Assembly: GCF_033153115.1 (NCBI RefSeq)
Contig: NW_026889765.1
Coordinates: forward strand, 24,304,001 to 24,368,000
DNA length: 64,000 bases
Origin: Saccostrea echinata
Lineage: Eukaryota
Direction: 5' to 3'
Made by a program: the position numbers and the translations under genes
In this document: piece after piece, positions 38,966 through 51,140 of the stretch
Layout of the letters: every line of letters starts with the position of its first letter
Position numbering within the stretch: the first letter of the stretch is position 1
Notes under the pieces: generated by a model
Databases searched by the model: none
What the model was told of the DNA's origin: nothing
Seen by the model: only the letters and a program-made list of their open reading frames with translations

Positions 38966-40164
38966 AAAGAGAAGCCTTCATGACCAACCTGTTGATGCAT
39001 TAACTGAAAACTTCCTTAACGAATGAGTTTTACTTGGACTTGGGATGAAAGAATAATGCTTTCAAAAATAGAATAATTCATAATGGACATCTCGGGAAAA
39101 CATTATGTACAGATCCTGGCTTTCTATTTAGGAAATTCAAGGAGTAAATTACATAAACTTGTGGTTTAATACTCTTTAAAGTCTCCTTAGACATTTAGTG
39201 TGCAAAAGTTTAGCAAAAAAAAGCATAGGGTGAGTTTATATAATGTTGTTTCTATCAGAGCATAGGTAGTATTTCACCATGTAATGTATACCTTTTTTCG
39301 TTCGTTGATTAGAGTTGTCTTTTCTTTAATTGTGATTTTGATAGGTGGATCCAAGATTATTGGAGTAAAAACGAGCTTTTTGGGAATGGTTTGCGTTACA
39401 TACAAAATACATAACATGACATAAAGCTACATGAAAAGTAATGTACTGAACCCCCCCCCTTTCACCCCTTAACATGCCAAGAAATACAATAACGCATTTT
39501 TTTCCAGTCTAGATTTAGGGTGAATCCAATAAAAACTTAATTAATTAACACTAATCACTGATTAAAACTAGGAAACTAATTCTTATTATATTTTCTTTGA
39601 GCATGTTGAGGGTGTGTGTGGGGGGGGGGGGGGGCTTTCCATATATGATGTGTGCTCAAACACGCAAAAAAGCAATAAATTAAATAAAACCTTTAACAAA
39701 TGTTTGAAACTGCGAATTTAAGTTTTCTTTTGTTATTAGAAAGCAAAGGTCGGGTTTATGGATGACACGCATAGCTGAGCGGATTTTTTATACACTATAA
39801 CTTATTAATAGTACTTTATTCCTAGCATACCATACCTATTTTCATATAATCGGCACTTAACGTTAACTTTTATTACATTTAAATTAAAATCAGAATGTAT
39901 AGATAATATGTCAGGTGCTAAGCACGCAATATTTAAACATTATTTTTGCAATGCTTTTCCAAGGTATATAGTTATAATTCTGCATGATAATTAATACGAG
40001 TCTGTTTAAGTATTTTTGATAGATGAAATATTCTAGTCGAACATTTTAAAAACGCGTTTTTGTGATTTGTGAGCGGGATGTGACTGATTTGATGGAGTTT
40101 GGTCTGATTTTGATCCAAGAATGACATTCAGCCGATGCAAAATGATTTACAATGTTAATATAAC

Positions 40165-40191
40165 CAGGGACCTATAGTATATAGGTCCCTG
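40165..40191. mobile_element. 27-bp micro-MITE / palindrome with 7-bp direct repeat
   Basis: ATATAAC|CAGGGACCTATA-GTA-TATAGGTCCCTG|ATATAAC. Confidence 0.7.
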
Positions 40192-40639
40192 ATATAACAA
40201 GCTAATTTATCAATGTGAGGGCCTGTGGGTACCGGGGGTTCTGCGCCCCCACCCCCAATAGAAAACAAAGGTAATTAATAATAATGAAAAGACGTGCCTC
40301 TTCAATGATTTTGCCAGTGAACATGTAAGAAATAAATCTAATTTACAATTATACGCCCCTCTCCCGAAAAGGGAACGTCAAATTTCCCCTTTTCTTTTCA
40401 AAAGTTTCTGTTAGACCCTCCCTCACCCCTCCCCAAAGAAATTGTTTCCTGTGGACCGGTTTTTTTTTTTTGGTCTTGTATATCTTTCAACTGATTTAAT
40501 AGTAGACATAAATGATCTTGATATATAAATATCATAGTTTAATTGTCCCTTCCATTTTTTCTCTAGGCCTCTTTCATGTATGTCATGTATGTTGCACGCT
40601 ATTGTTAGATTGTAAATAATTTTGTAGATACTCTGTAGA

Positions 40640-42256
40640 ATGTCTGGAACCAGCGCCATAGCTCTAATACAGGGCGCCAGTCGCGGAATCGGACTTCAGT
40701 TCTGCAAAACCCTGTTGCTGCGCAACTCTGCAACAACCGTAGTAGCAACGTGCCGTGACCCAAACTCATCAAGCGAGCTGGCTCAACTGAAGGTCAACAA
40801 TGATCGCCTCCATGTCTGCAAGTTAGATGTCACGAAAGAAAATGATATTTCGGACGTTTCTAAATATGTAACAGAAAAATTCGGTAAATTAGATTTGCTT
40901 ATCAACTGTGCAGGGATGTTGCATCCGAGTGGAAAGGGAGAGACAAGTCTTAGAAGTGTTGATGGACAGGTAACAGTTTGTTTTTTTGTTTAATTGCTTA
41001 TATACTGGTTGATATCTATTCATGTAAACCTCATATATACTTAGAATATTTCAGACCCGTTTAAGAACCGAGGGGGGGGGGGGGTTGCCGATATAAGTAC
41101 TACAAATGTAAAACGAAGTTTTGTAAATTGGTTGAAAATCTTATATACTCTGCCTCTTTCGGAAGTTATTTTCATATACATGTATACTGTCGACATGTAA
41201 AAGAAATTAAAATCCTTGTTTATTATTTTTATTTGTTTTTGCTGAATTGGTTAATGAATACTCTTTTACTCTGGTACTTGAAAGTTTTATGACATTTTCA
41301 GGATTTGCTTCTCACACTGCACACAAACGCAGTTGGTCCACTGTTGATGGCAAAGATGTTCAGTCCACTACTACTGAATGGTAATGGTCAGTTTGGTGTC
41401 TTATCCGCTGACCCTAAGGCCACACACTGCGGCATCATCGCCAATATGTCTGCTAAAGTCGGCTCCATCACAGATAATGGTATAATCTAAAGCTACCTTT
41501 AAAAACATGTATATTATTCACCGTTTCTGTGAAATACTAAATTTGTTTTATCGTTGTAAATGACTAAATGTATAAAGTTACCAGTACAAAATTAAAGGAA
41601 TAAACAATCGGCATTACTTTGCAAGGAACATTGAAATAAATGTTTATCTTATATTGTAATATCAATACTTTATCTACAATGCATAGAAAATATATTTAGC
41701 AATTCCATCTACATGTATGCGAGTGTATATGAACTCTGCATGGCATTTCAGTAATGAATGTTGCAATTCATCAAAAAACCTCACAGACTGGTTACTTTTA
41801 ATTAGAATAACTTATTTTGTCATTTAAACTTAAAATCAATATCTTGCACCATTTATGAAAACTTCTGTACATGACTGTGTCAGTTTCTTCAGTAGACTTT
41901 TAATTCTTGAAAACCCCATAGGTATATTATCACAAAATGATCCAGCCCATGTTGTATAATTTTTTATTTCCCCAGGTCTTGGAGGTTGGTACAGCTACAG
42001 AATGTCTAAAGCAGCCCTCAATATGGCCACCAAAAACCTCAGTATAGAATTTGGACGAGGGAGGAAAAAGATTATCTGTGTATCGCTTCATCCTGGCACA
42101 GTAAATACAGACTTGTCCAGACCTTACCACAAAAATGTGCCAAATTTATTCACCACTGAATACTCTGTTGACTGTTTGTTAAAAGTAATAGATTCATTAA
42201 CTGTAGAGGACTCAGGAAAATTCTTCACTTATGACAGGACTGTGTTGCCTTACTAA
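40640..42256 (+). CDS. C-factor/CsgA-like short-chain dehydrogenase/reductase (~262 aa)
   Basis: Exons 40640-40969, 41302-41479 and 41976-42256. Rossmann GASRGIG, LDLLINCAG, NMSAKVGSITDNG, catalytic YSYRMSKAALN, LHPGTVNTDL. Confidence 0.92.
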
Positions 42257-42639
42257 ATTTGGCAGTACAAATGGTTTACGAATCTCACATATTTTCATAT
42301 ACTTAAAACGTGATTAAATTATTCTACACGTACAGTCATGTATTTGTGTTTGTTTTGATACAAATTAAGCATCCTCTACAGTGTCTCAAATTTTAGAAGG
42401 GAATCCATCGTCTGAAATAGACCGACAGAGCATCTGTATTTAAATTTAAATGACAGCGTCAAAGGCATGGCTTAAACAAATAAATATACATTGAGATAAT
42501 TCTCTCTTTTACTTTCTCAATATTTCAATGAAATGTTTTAAATGTCAAATATACACGTTCTATGAACAAATGATACTTCACTCTACAGCCTCACAAAAAA
42601 ATGACAATACAGAGTAGGGACTGGATTGTACACAGATGT

Positions 42640-45600
42640 CTATTTTGAATCTTTCTTATTTTGATCGTCTTTTTTACTTCCATCTTTAGTCATGGAACTA
42701 ACAGCGCTCTGTATAGCTTCATCGTGGGGGTCCACCCCTGGGAGGTTTTCTAACACCTGCTGAAGGAAGGCGGGGTCATTCATCACATCTGAATAGTCCT
42801 CATCTGCCTGTTGTGGTCAAAAATAAACAACAGATGAGAAAAAACAATGAAATTAAAATTGGTAAAGGCCAAGAGTCAATCAGCCATGATTCAAACAAGC
42901 AAGGTCAAGAGTCAATCAGCCATGATTCAAACAAGCAAGCTACCATACTATGACTGATGCAAACACAAACACAAAACTTTGTGCTTCACTTGTACAATTT
43001 ACTAATAATTAGTAATCAGAGGCAATATTTAATATCCATGAACCATGAAAAATAACACTTTATGATTATTACTTGCATCAATAATAATGTATAGTGTATA
43101 TAATCAATATATCATTATAAACATACTGCTTTTTTATCATCGGCTGACTTTTCTTCATTATCGACATCCATTGGAGCTGGGGTATTTTCAGTTGTCTGAG
43201 CAGCTAAAATAACCAAAAGAATAAAAATTATAAATTTGAAATTCCTCTGAAAAATGTATAACAATTTCTCGCTTATAAGAAGATGGGTGAACATGACGAG
43301 CGAAAAGCCTATAGTGTGACAAACATGAAGGTGAAAAATTAAATTTTAATTATATCAAAAATTTCCTTGATATTTCATCCAACATTAAAATATACTTTAT
43401 GTAAAATCTCTACAATCGGCAAAAATTGAAATTATTTGCTTATGAAATATTATACACACACTAAAGAGGGCAAAAAGAGTCATTTTCTCACACTTTAACA
43501 CTAATTTTCGATATGAGTGGGTTTTCGCTCCATTTTTTTGAAAGTTAATCCTCAAAGTTTGCATAAAAATATACATTTTTTGGTTTCCAAAAATATGGAG
43601 TAAAGACCCACTATACCTTAAAAATATACTTTTTATGACAAAACATTCGCGTCTTTTCGAGAAATACTTGAAGTCCATTAAGTCAAGGATCACATCACAA
43701 ACATGATTTAAACACCACTATTCATCAGAACTTGTGTAGTCTAGTGGTTAGCGTGCTAGTCTCAAAAGAAAATGATACTCAGGGTTTTTATTGCTAGGGT
43801 TCAAACCACACGAATACCACATTATTTTTTAAATAAAAGAATAAATTTTGCCAAGAAAATTTTCCTCAGAAAAGTTTTGTTTATGGAAGCTATTGGCTTT
43901 CTGCATGCTATGTTCACCCATCTCCTTTGTTATCTTTCAAATTATCAGTTTCATTGATAGAATGTGATTACATTGCATTTTATTCTGAATGGTTGCTTTA
44001 TGGATATAATTTCAGTTTATTCATCAGCTGAAATGTACAACACTGGATAAATTGAGATTCTTGTAATTCATCTCATCATTTGGATCAGATTTACTTAAGA
44101 ATATTGTGAGTTATTATTAAATTTTACCAGAATTTGATAGTGACATCTGCATGGCGTACGCTATCTGTTCCTCCTCTGTCATTGAACCAAAGTCTGGAAC
44201 ACTTGGCGTAGGCTGATCCCCAGTCTCTTGTTGTACTGACATTGCCAAAGCCTGCTCCAACATAGCTTCTTCATTGTTTCCTTCATAATCAACAAATAAA
44301 TTAATTTATATTTTTTGCTTGTTTTTGTGTTGTATGCAGCAACTGAGAATGGCAAAGCTCAGGAAGAGTTCTGCATTCTTGCTCTGTAAAATGAAATTTA
44401 CGTAAATTTACTACATTAAATGAATTAAAGTGGTGTTTACCTCCTGCTTCCGTTGGCTGAGACGTGGATTCAGCTGGAGCAGCCGGATTAGCTTTCTTAG
44501 CTTCATCTTCCTGTCTGGCTCTCTGCTCCTCCATGGATACACGTAAAGCCTACAAAACATTCAACCCTCCAAACAATCCACAAAATCATAATCATTCAAC
44601 AAAAGACATGTATTTAAACGATGTATTCTTTGTTAATGCATGTATAATAGTTGCAACATTGCAGAAAAAATATATGTTATTTTACACAATATGATCTTTC
44701 AAATTAACATTTAACAAGCAAGTAATTTTACACCCATTATAAATTAATCATGATTTTTCTAAGATTTTGTACAAGTTATTACCAGTGCTAACTCTGGATC
44801 TTCATTTGGATCCACTCCAAATTCAAATCCAACAGCTGAGAGTCCAGCTCCAGATCCGTCCTCTCCCACAAGGATCGGGGAGTTCATGAGAGCCTCTGAC
44901 AGCATGGGACCAGGAGGGACTGTCACCAAGTGGCAGCTGTAATGTCATCATAAAAGTATAAAACAGCTGATAAAACAGCATAACTCCTGTACTAAAGAAA
45001 TAAATCTCTTTTCACCCCCCCTCCCCCCAACCCCTTCAATGAAATTTAATCCAGCAAGTTTTTATGGTAAAAATACTTTTTTGGGGCACTTTCAGTGAAG
45101 AAGAAATCTCTATGACTGTACATAAACATGTATGTAGGATTGAGAGAATAAAGACAGAGCAATTAAAGAAATTGAACAAAGCACTGAAAATTTGATTGAT
45201 TGGGAAATTTAAAACACTAGTACAAAGACTTGTGAAGTAAAGTCTGTCTACCTGTTTCCGTCTTTTCCATTGATAGTGTTGATAAATGTGGTTAGCTTAT
45301 CTGTATTTAGTTGCTGAAAAATAAAAATTTCACAGAGTAGATGAAAATATTTTCAAAAAATTTCCATGCTGTTTTGATAAATTTGAGAATTTGTTAAAAA
45401 TGAAAGCAAAACAAACAATATCAAATGTTTATATAATGTATATCCATGTAGTACTTCATCAATAATACTACAATACTTTGAACAACAAATGAGTTTTGAT
45501 TTAGAATTCCTTTGAACTAAGGGTTTGATCATCTCAATAAAAAGATTCTACCTCTTCACCAAAATTAATAATGTCAATGTTGACTTTTTCTTTCTTCAGC

Positions 45601-48600
45601 TTCTTTGCCAGCTTCACCATCTGAAAATACCCAAGCAAATAAATCTGAAGACACTGAGCAGCTTCAGAAATACCATACTGAAAGATAAATATGGGAAAGG
45701 AAACATTTTTTTCTACTTACTCTGAAAACTAGAAAACTGACCAGTCAGGAAGGGCCCCGCCGAGGGATAGAAATATAAGAGTGCAGCTTACAGAATGAGA
45801 ATTTTAATTGATTACAAAAATTTAAAAATATATGAAGAAGAATATGCAATAACAACTGTATTTATAAAATTTCAAGATAATTCCTAAATATCTAACAACC
45901 TGTAAAGAGTATCCCTGTACTTACATAAGGCAGTAAAAAACATCATATCTATAATAACTCAATTATATGTATATTCAAACAAGAATAAAGCATGTGTTTT
46001 CAAATATCACCCAGGCTTGACCTTAACTTCAAAACAAACATCAGTTGCAGACAAAGGTTAATTTATCTTAAAGTGACAAATAAAGATAAAGCCTGGAAAA
46101 TTTTCTGCCCAAGACAAGATAATTAATCCCAAGGGATTCATTGTACTGCTCTCTTATCCCTTTCTTCCAAGTTTACAATAAGAACTCTTTCAGTAATGAT
46201 AAAATGAGTTTATTATTGGACTACCCGTTAAAATTAATAGTATTCTTGAATTTACATACGGCAGCCAAAAAAAAAAAAAAGAATAAATAAATAAAATAAA
46301 TAAAAAAAAAAAATTAAAAAAAAAACATATCTTTATGTATATCTTGTTTTTAGAATTCAATAAAATCATAACTCTCATTGTAGATTTTACCAATATAAAG
46401 TATGAACATCATTTAAATCCACATTTCAGAGAATGTAAACATCATTCAGAATTGACCTTAACTTCAAAACAAACTTCATTTGCAGACAGAGGTGTTAATT
46501 AATCTCAATTTGACAGAAACAGATAATGCTTTGGATTTTCTTCAAGAGGAAAGTTAATTAATCCCATGGGACTAGTTGCAGCTTTCATAGTTTACAATTG
46601 GAACATTCTCAGCAGTTATCTCTCTTTGCCCTGGCATTCATTTGAATGTAAAGTTAAGGAATCTACCCCACCACCCCAGTTCCAAACTGGATGACATAGA
46701 GAACCAAACTTAGCATCAAAATATGTCTTACTGCCTCTTCAACCAACATACCAAATTTGAACTTAATTGGTCAACTACAAAAAAAGTTATTAGAAAAAAA
46801 ACAGAAAATTTGTGGACGGAAGAATGACAGACGGACAGACAGACAGAGTGATTACTATAGGGCACCCGCAAATCCTTGCGGGGCCCTAATTAATTTTCAT
46901 CAAGAAAACTTTCCCAGCCTAGTGAGAGAAGTTATACAATCCTAAAACAAATCTTTACTATATTTTGTCTCGGGCTACTGCTTTAAAAGTTAAAAGACTT
47001 GAAGTTCATGGTATCACATACCAGTCAGGGGTGAGACTGAAATCTGTCATTCTGAAAATGACGATTACTAGTCATAAAATAAAATTTTTATTATGACTAC
47101 AACTTGTCATTTTTAAGAAAATGACAAAAAACAGTTATAAAAATTTAGAGAGTTTCTAGAATACCGAGTTACTTCTCTTTAAAAATGTTAGATTCACCAA
47201 CCGAAAAAAGGACAGAAAACATTTCTCAAATACAGTTGACTACATCACTGGTTATGTTGACAGGTCAAAAGACTCAAAATTCCCAAACAAAAATAAGAGT
47301 GAAAGAGTTATTTGTGAATCTATTTGTCCAAAATAGCAAAGAAGACAAAAACGATGATATTTCATCTTTTTTCCAAAATGGAGGGTCTGGGCGCACTGAA
47401 ATATTTTGCTTGTTGCACAGAGCGCACTACTTTTTTTTATGATCTTAACTTTTTGTCATGTTTGTCAAGACTTCTCTCTACAAGTACTCTCTACAAGTAC
47501 GCATTCTTTCAGACGGTATACTAAATGTTTTTACAGGGCTAAAAGCCATGTAAAAGTGGCGCATTAGTTCTCCCAAAAATCGACATTTTACCACTAAAAT
47601 AATAACTGTCACATTCCATGTTGATGTTCTAATGCACATGGTCGGAAGTAATTACTGACCTGGATGAAATGAAACACTCTTCTTTCAGCCTTAAATTCAA
47701 AATTCTCTTTTATATAACCAGGGTAGTAGAATTAGGTTGAAAATGAAAATATGACGATAGTCATATACACAAAAATGACAAAAATACGTAGTAAGTAAAC
47801 ATTACAATTATCCACCACTTTTCAGAATGACAGATTTCAGTCTCGCCCGACTGTATACCAGTACTAGGCCATCTTAAAAAAAAAATGTTTGCTTACCCTC
47901 TCCCTACTCAGGATTAAAAAAAATGAGTAGTTAATTCATGTAGGTAGGGGATTTTTTTTTTTTAATTCAAAAACACTTCCAAATGAGAAGTTAAGATATT
48001 ATATTAGTTGGGAAAACTTCAGAATGTATGGAAAAATAATTTTCCTGAAGGTTGAAAATAAAATTTTGAGTCAGGTCATTTATACCCGGTATTCAGTCAG
48101 GAGAGGGGTAAACAAATATTTTTTTAAAGATGGCCCTATGTACAGCTGTACACTATTCATCTGCTTTCTCTTGATATACGAACAACACTGTTGAATTACT
48201 CTTACCTCTTTTTCATCATCCTCAATAGGGCTGCCAACAAAAACCACAATCCTCATTTTGTGGTTCCTTCCTTGTCTGTGCTTTAGTGCTAGCTACAAAA
48301 AATAAGACATAATATAAAGCCATTACTTGTATGTCTTCTATTTAACAGTAAAAAAAAGTTATTTGATAAGTGGATGTTTGATGTGTATTTAATGACATTA
48401 ATTTTGATATAAAATCCGTATTAAAATGTTGATATATAAAATGTTAAAAAATTGATACTTATTAATTAGATGAAGTAATTATTATTATTACATGAGCAAC
48501 TTTGACTCCAGTGTTGAACTTGATGTTGCCTTTGGGCTGTACTTGATGCAATTTACTTAGAAGACGACCCACATCTGTTGTCAAAGTAACCAAGACATCT

Positions 48601-50605
48601 ACAGAACTGAAAGCAAACCATTATTTCCACATCATCAATAATATCAGGATTAAAAATCTCTTCATAAAAGATTTGTACTTTAAATACAGCATTATTGGGA
48701 GTGAAACAGTATACTGCAGTACTGATTCATTGTGATATTTATTGTCAGTTTCAAACACAGTATAAATTGTCCATTTTCAGTTTGGGCCACATTTTGATCA
48801 GGACAGTTATTCAATTAGGTTTGTCATTTAATATTTCATTAAAACACACTTAAAAGCATGATTAAATTTTAAAAACATGATTTATGAAAACCAACACTCG
48901 ATCCAATCTACAGGTAGTCAATGTCTTCTAGTCAATTTGCAAGGAAACTAGATTATTGCTTATAGTGAAAAAAAAAAAAACACAAAATTAAAACAATTTT
49001 GAATTTTGTTTCTTTCAATCAAAATGTATCAAAATTAAAGGTACCCTGGCAAAATTATACAAGACATATAGTACCATGATAATTAAGTTCATCCTTACAT
49101 CATATAAACCATAGTCAGGGTTTAAAATTCTTTGAAATTCACCAACAAATACATGTATAAACATGTACCTCCCCATAGAAATTAGTCCAACATTATTTTC
49201 AGGGTTGGAGCGAGTTTTGGAATGACACACAAGATTGACAGCATCTTGTTGAGCCTGAAATCGTGTTGGAACAAAGTCTCCATTCCTCATATAATCACTG
49301 CTGTCAACACTGTGAAAGAAAAGGCAGTCTTGTTAAAAACTAAAAGAGAAGTCTGTGATCAGCATTTAATAGTGACAGCATCACAAAACACTGCTTGCAC
49401 TGCAAGCTCTAATGACAATGCCTGGGAGAAGAGAAAATTTCAGACTTTGCACATTGATCCAAATATTTTTCTTCCTGCAGTAACCACTGCACCCACAATT
49501 CTTAGCGAATTGCATCTCGCCACAAACAATGTTCTCGCGGTTCAAGAAGTTCCAAGAAAAAATAAACTCACCTTGATTATAAATAGATATAAAACAGGGT
49601 TGTGATAAAGATCAAAGCGGCTAACCTAGCAACTAGGTGGTAGATATCTATTTCTATTGAACGGACAGTTAACCTAGCTGCTAAGTGTTAAATTTGGAAT
49701 AAAAATACATGAAAAACTTATTTTTGGAACCAAAAAGAGTTTATTTCAAGCAAAAATGTATATGTAAATTTACATTTAATTCATCAATATGTAGAAAACA
49801 ATGTCCTTTTTTGTTAAAATCGTGTGCTTTGCAAAGTTGTAACTAAGGAGGCCATCTTAAATTTGGTACTTAGCTTCAAATATTTATGCTATCTCTCGCT
49901 ATTTAGCGGCTAGACTAGCTCTCCGTTCAAGAGCGTAGCTTTATGCAGATGCTACGTAGCAGCTGTTGAACGCAACCCAGCTAAAATAGTAGATTAAACG
50001 TTCTTAATTAAATTAGCACTGACTTCATAAACTTACATACGTCATGTGACGTCAGAGTCTAGACATAATAAATATCACGTGTGATTGGAAGAGCCTGAAT
50101 TAAATTAAAACCAAAATGTGTAGTTCTGCGCTCACCCTTACAGTCACACTGTCGACATATTATGCATAAAATAATGAACAATTTCCAGTAAAGTGTCATT
50201 GAGGCACTATTCAGAGTCTTAAGCTTATTATTCATGTTATTCTGAGTTGATGACAAGAGAAAAATCAGAGCCCCCATCCTATCCAAAGAAAACAAAGACA
50301 GTGGTCGATGTTCAACTTTATTAAAATTGAAAAAATGTAACAAACAAAACAAAATCGTCAAAACAACAAGTAAGACTTTATTTTCCATAAAGTGCATTTT
50401 CTAACACTCAATTTAGCTTACTCATGACACCAATTCAATAGTCAAACGACTTATTGGTGTATTTCTGATCTATTCTTTCTCCGTGGGTATTTTATGTTAT
50501 CATTTGAACATTTTAAAATGCAAATCCTGATTAAACAGCATCAACAATGAGAAAATAAAGGGCTAACTACATAACTTACCAAACTACTGTGCTTTCCAGA
50601 ACCAT
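42640..50605 (-). CDS. PSMD4: 26S proteasome non-ATPase regulatory subunit 4 (Rpn10/S5a)
   Basis: 11 exons: 50605-50580, 49309-49169, 48606-48492, 48292-48206, 45620-45552, 45313-45252, 44936-44783, 44549-44441, 44280-44128, 43203-43127, 42807-42640. vWA domain [49 protein letters not shown], UIMs ([16 protein letters not shown]; [13 protein letters not shown]), C-terminal [17 protein letters not shown]. Confidence 0.97.
42870..42939. repeat. 36-bp tandem duplication in last PSMD4 intron
   Basis: CAAGAGTCAATCAGCCATGATTCAAACAAGCAAG present twice. Confidence 0.85.
45728..46893 (-). mobile_element. HINE (Helentron-associated) in PSMD4 intron
   Basis: Minus-strand 5' TTAGGGCCCCGCAAGGATTTGCGGGTGCCCTA hairpin plus (GTCT/GTCC)n. 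The matching subterminal AGGGCCCCGC is at ~45751 and the end is CTAGTT. Internal ~435-bp duplicated unit (TGACCTTAACTTCAAAACAAAC at ~46018 and ~46453). Confidence 0.8.
47022..47853. mobile_element. Non-autonomous DNA transposon with ~36-bp TIRs
   Basis: CAGTCAGGGGTGAGACTGAAATCTGTCATTCTGAAAA / TTTTCAGAATGACAGATTTCAGTCTCGCCCGACTG. Flanks CATAC / TATAC. Confidence 0.8.
47867..48135. mobile_element. MITE with GG..CC termini and 3-bp TSD (Zator/Harbinger-like)
   Basis: CTA|GGCCATCTT..TGTTTGCTTACCCTCTCC ... GGAGAGGGGTAAACAAATA..AAGATGGCC|CTA. Confidence 0.8.
49598..49977. mobile_element. Harbinger-like MITE (CAG TSD) in PSMD4 intron 1
   Basis: CAG|GGTTG..CAACC|CAG with internal TAGC/GCTA-rich repeats. 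TIRs are degenerate beyond ~7 bp. Confidence 0.45.
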
Positions 50606-51140
50606 TTTTGCCAGTTATGTCGACGTCGATAAGAATTATAATTCGGATATAACTGGAAAAGAATCAAAATTAATCACAACCTTTATTAAAAAAAAAATTA
50701 ATTTATAAAAAATGTATAAATTTGTAATGTATAAAATAATATAAAATTGAATTATGGACATTTTTTCTTCAGTAAGTGAAATTTTTATAAAGTTCAATTT
50801 TCCGTAAAATTATTTTCCGTACTTTTTATAAATTATCCTGATTATCGCTTACTGCCTTTAAAAAAATTAGAATGTAATATATTTAAATCCATCAGACTTC
50901 ATACAGCAAAAATGTTAAAATATTAAATAAGATGTAAAATAGATGTAAAATATTTTAAATGTATTACTTATTGCTTTCTAGATTAGATAAATCAGTGAAT
51001 ATTTTTTAGAATGATATAGGCGGCATGCAAAAGTAAATTTGTTCATGATAATGATTGCAATGACTGTGGACAACTAGTCAATTTGCCGTGATAATGGTGT
51101 TTTATCAAGTTTTGAACGTTTCAGAAGAATAGATCTGATA
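50606..51140. promoter_or_regulatory. Probable bidirectional promoter PSMD4 / ERI1
   Basis: Divergent start codons at 50605 (-) and 51141 (+), 535 bp apart. Confidence 0.7.

Noticed and set aside
40640-42256. Recent bacterial HGT or contamination for the CsgA-like SDR
   Set aside because: Two spliceosomal introns and host-like composition. The family is widespread in animals.
49222-50397. 127-aa and 112-aa ORFs in the PSMD4 exon 2 / intron 1 region
   Set aside because: Antisense or intronic, partly repeat-derived, no recognisable domain or splice support.
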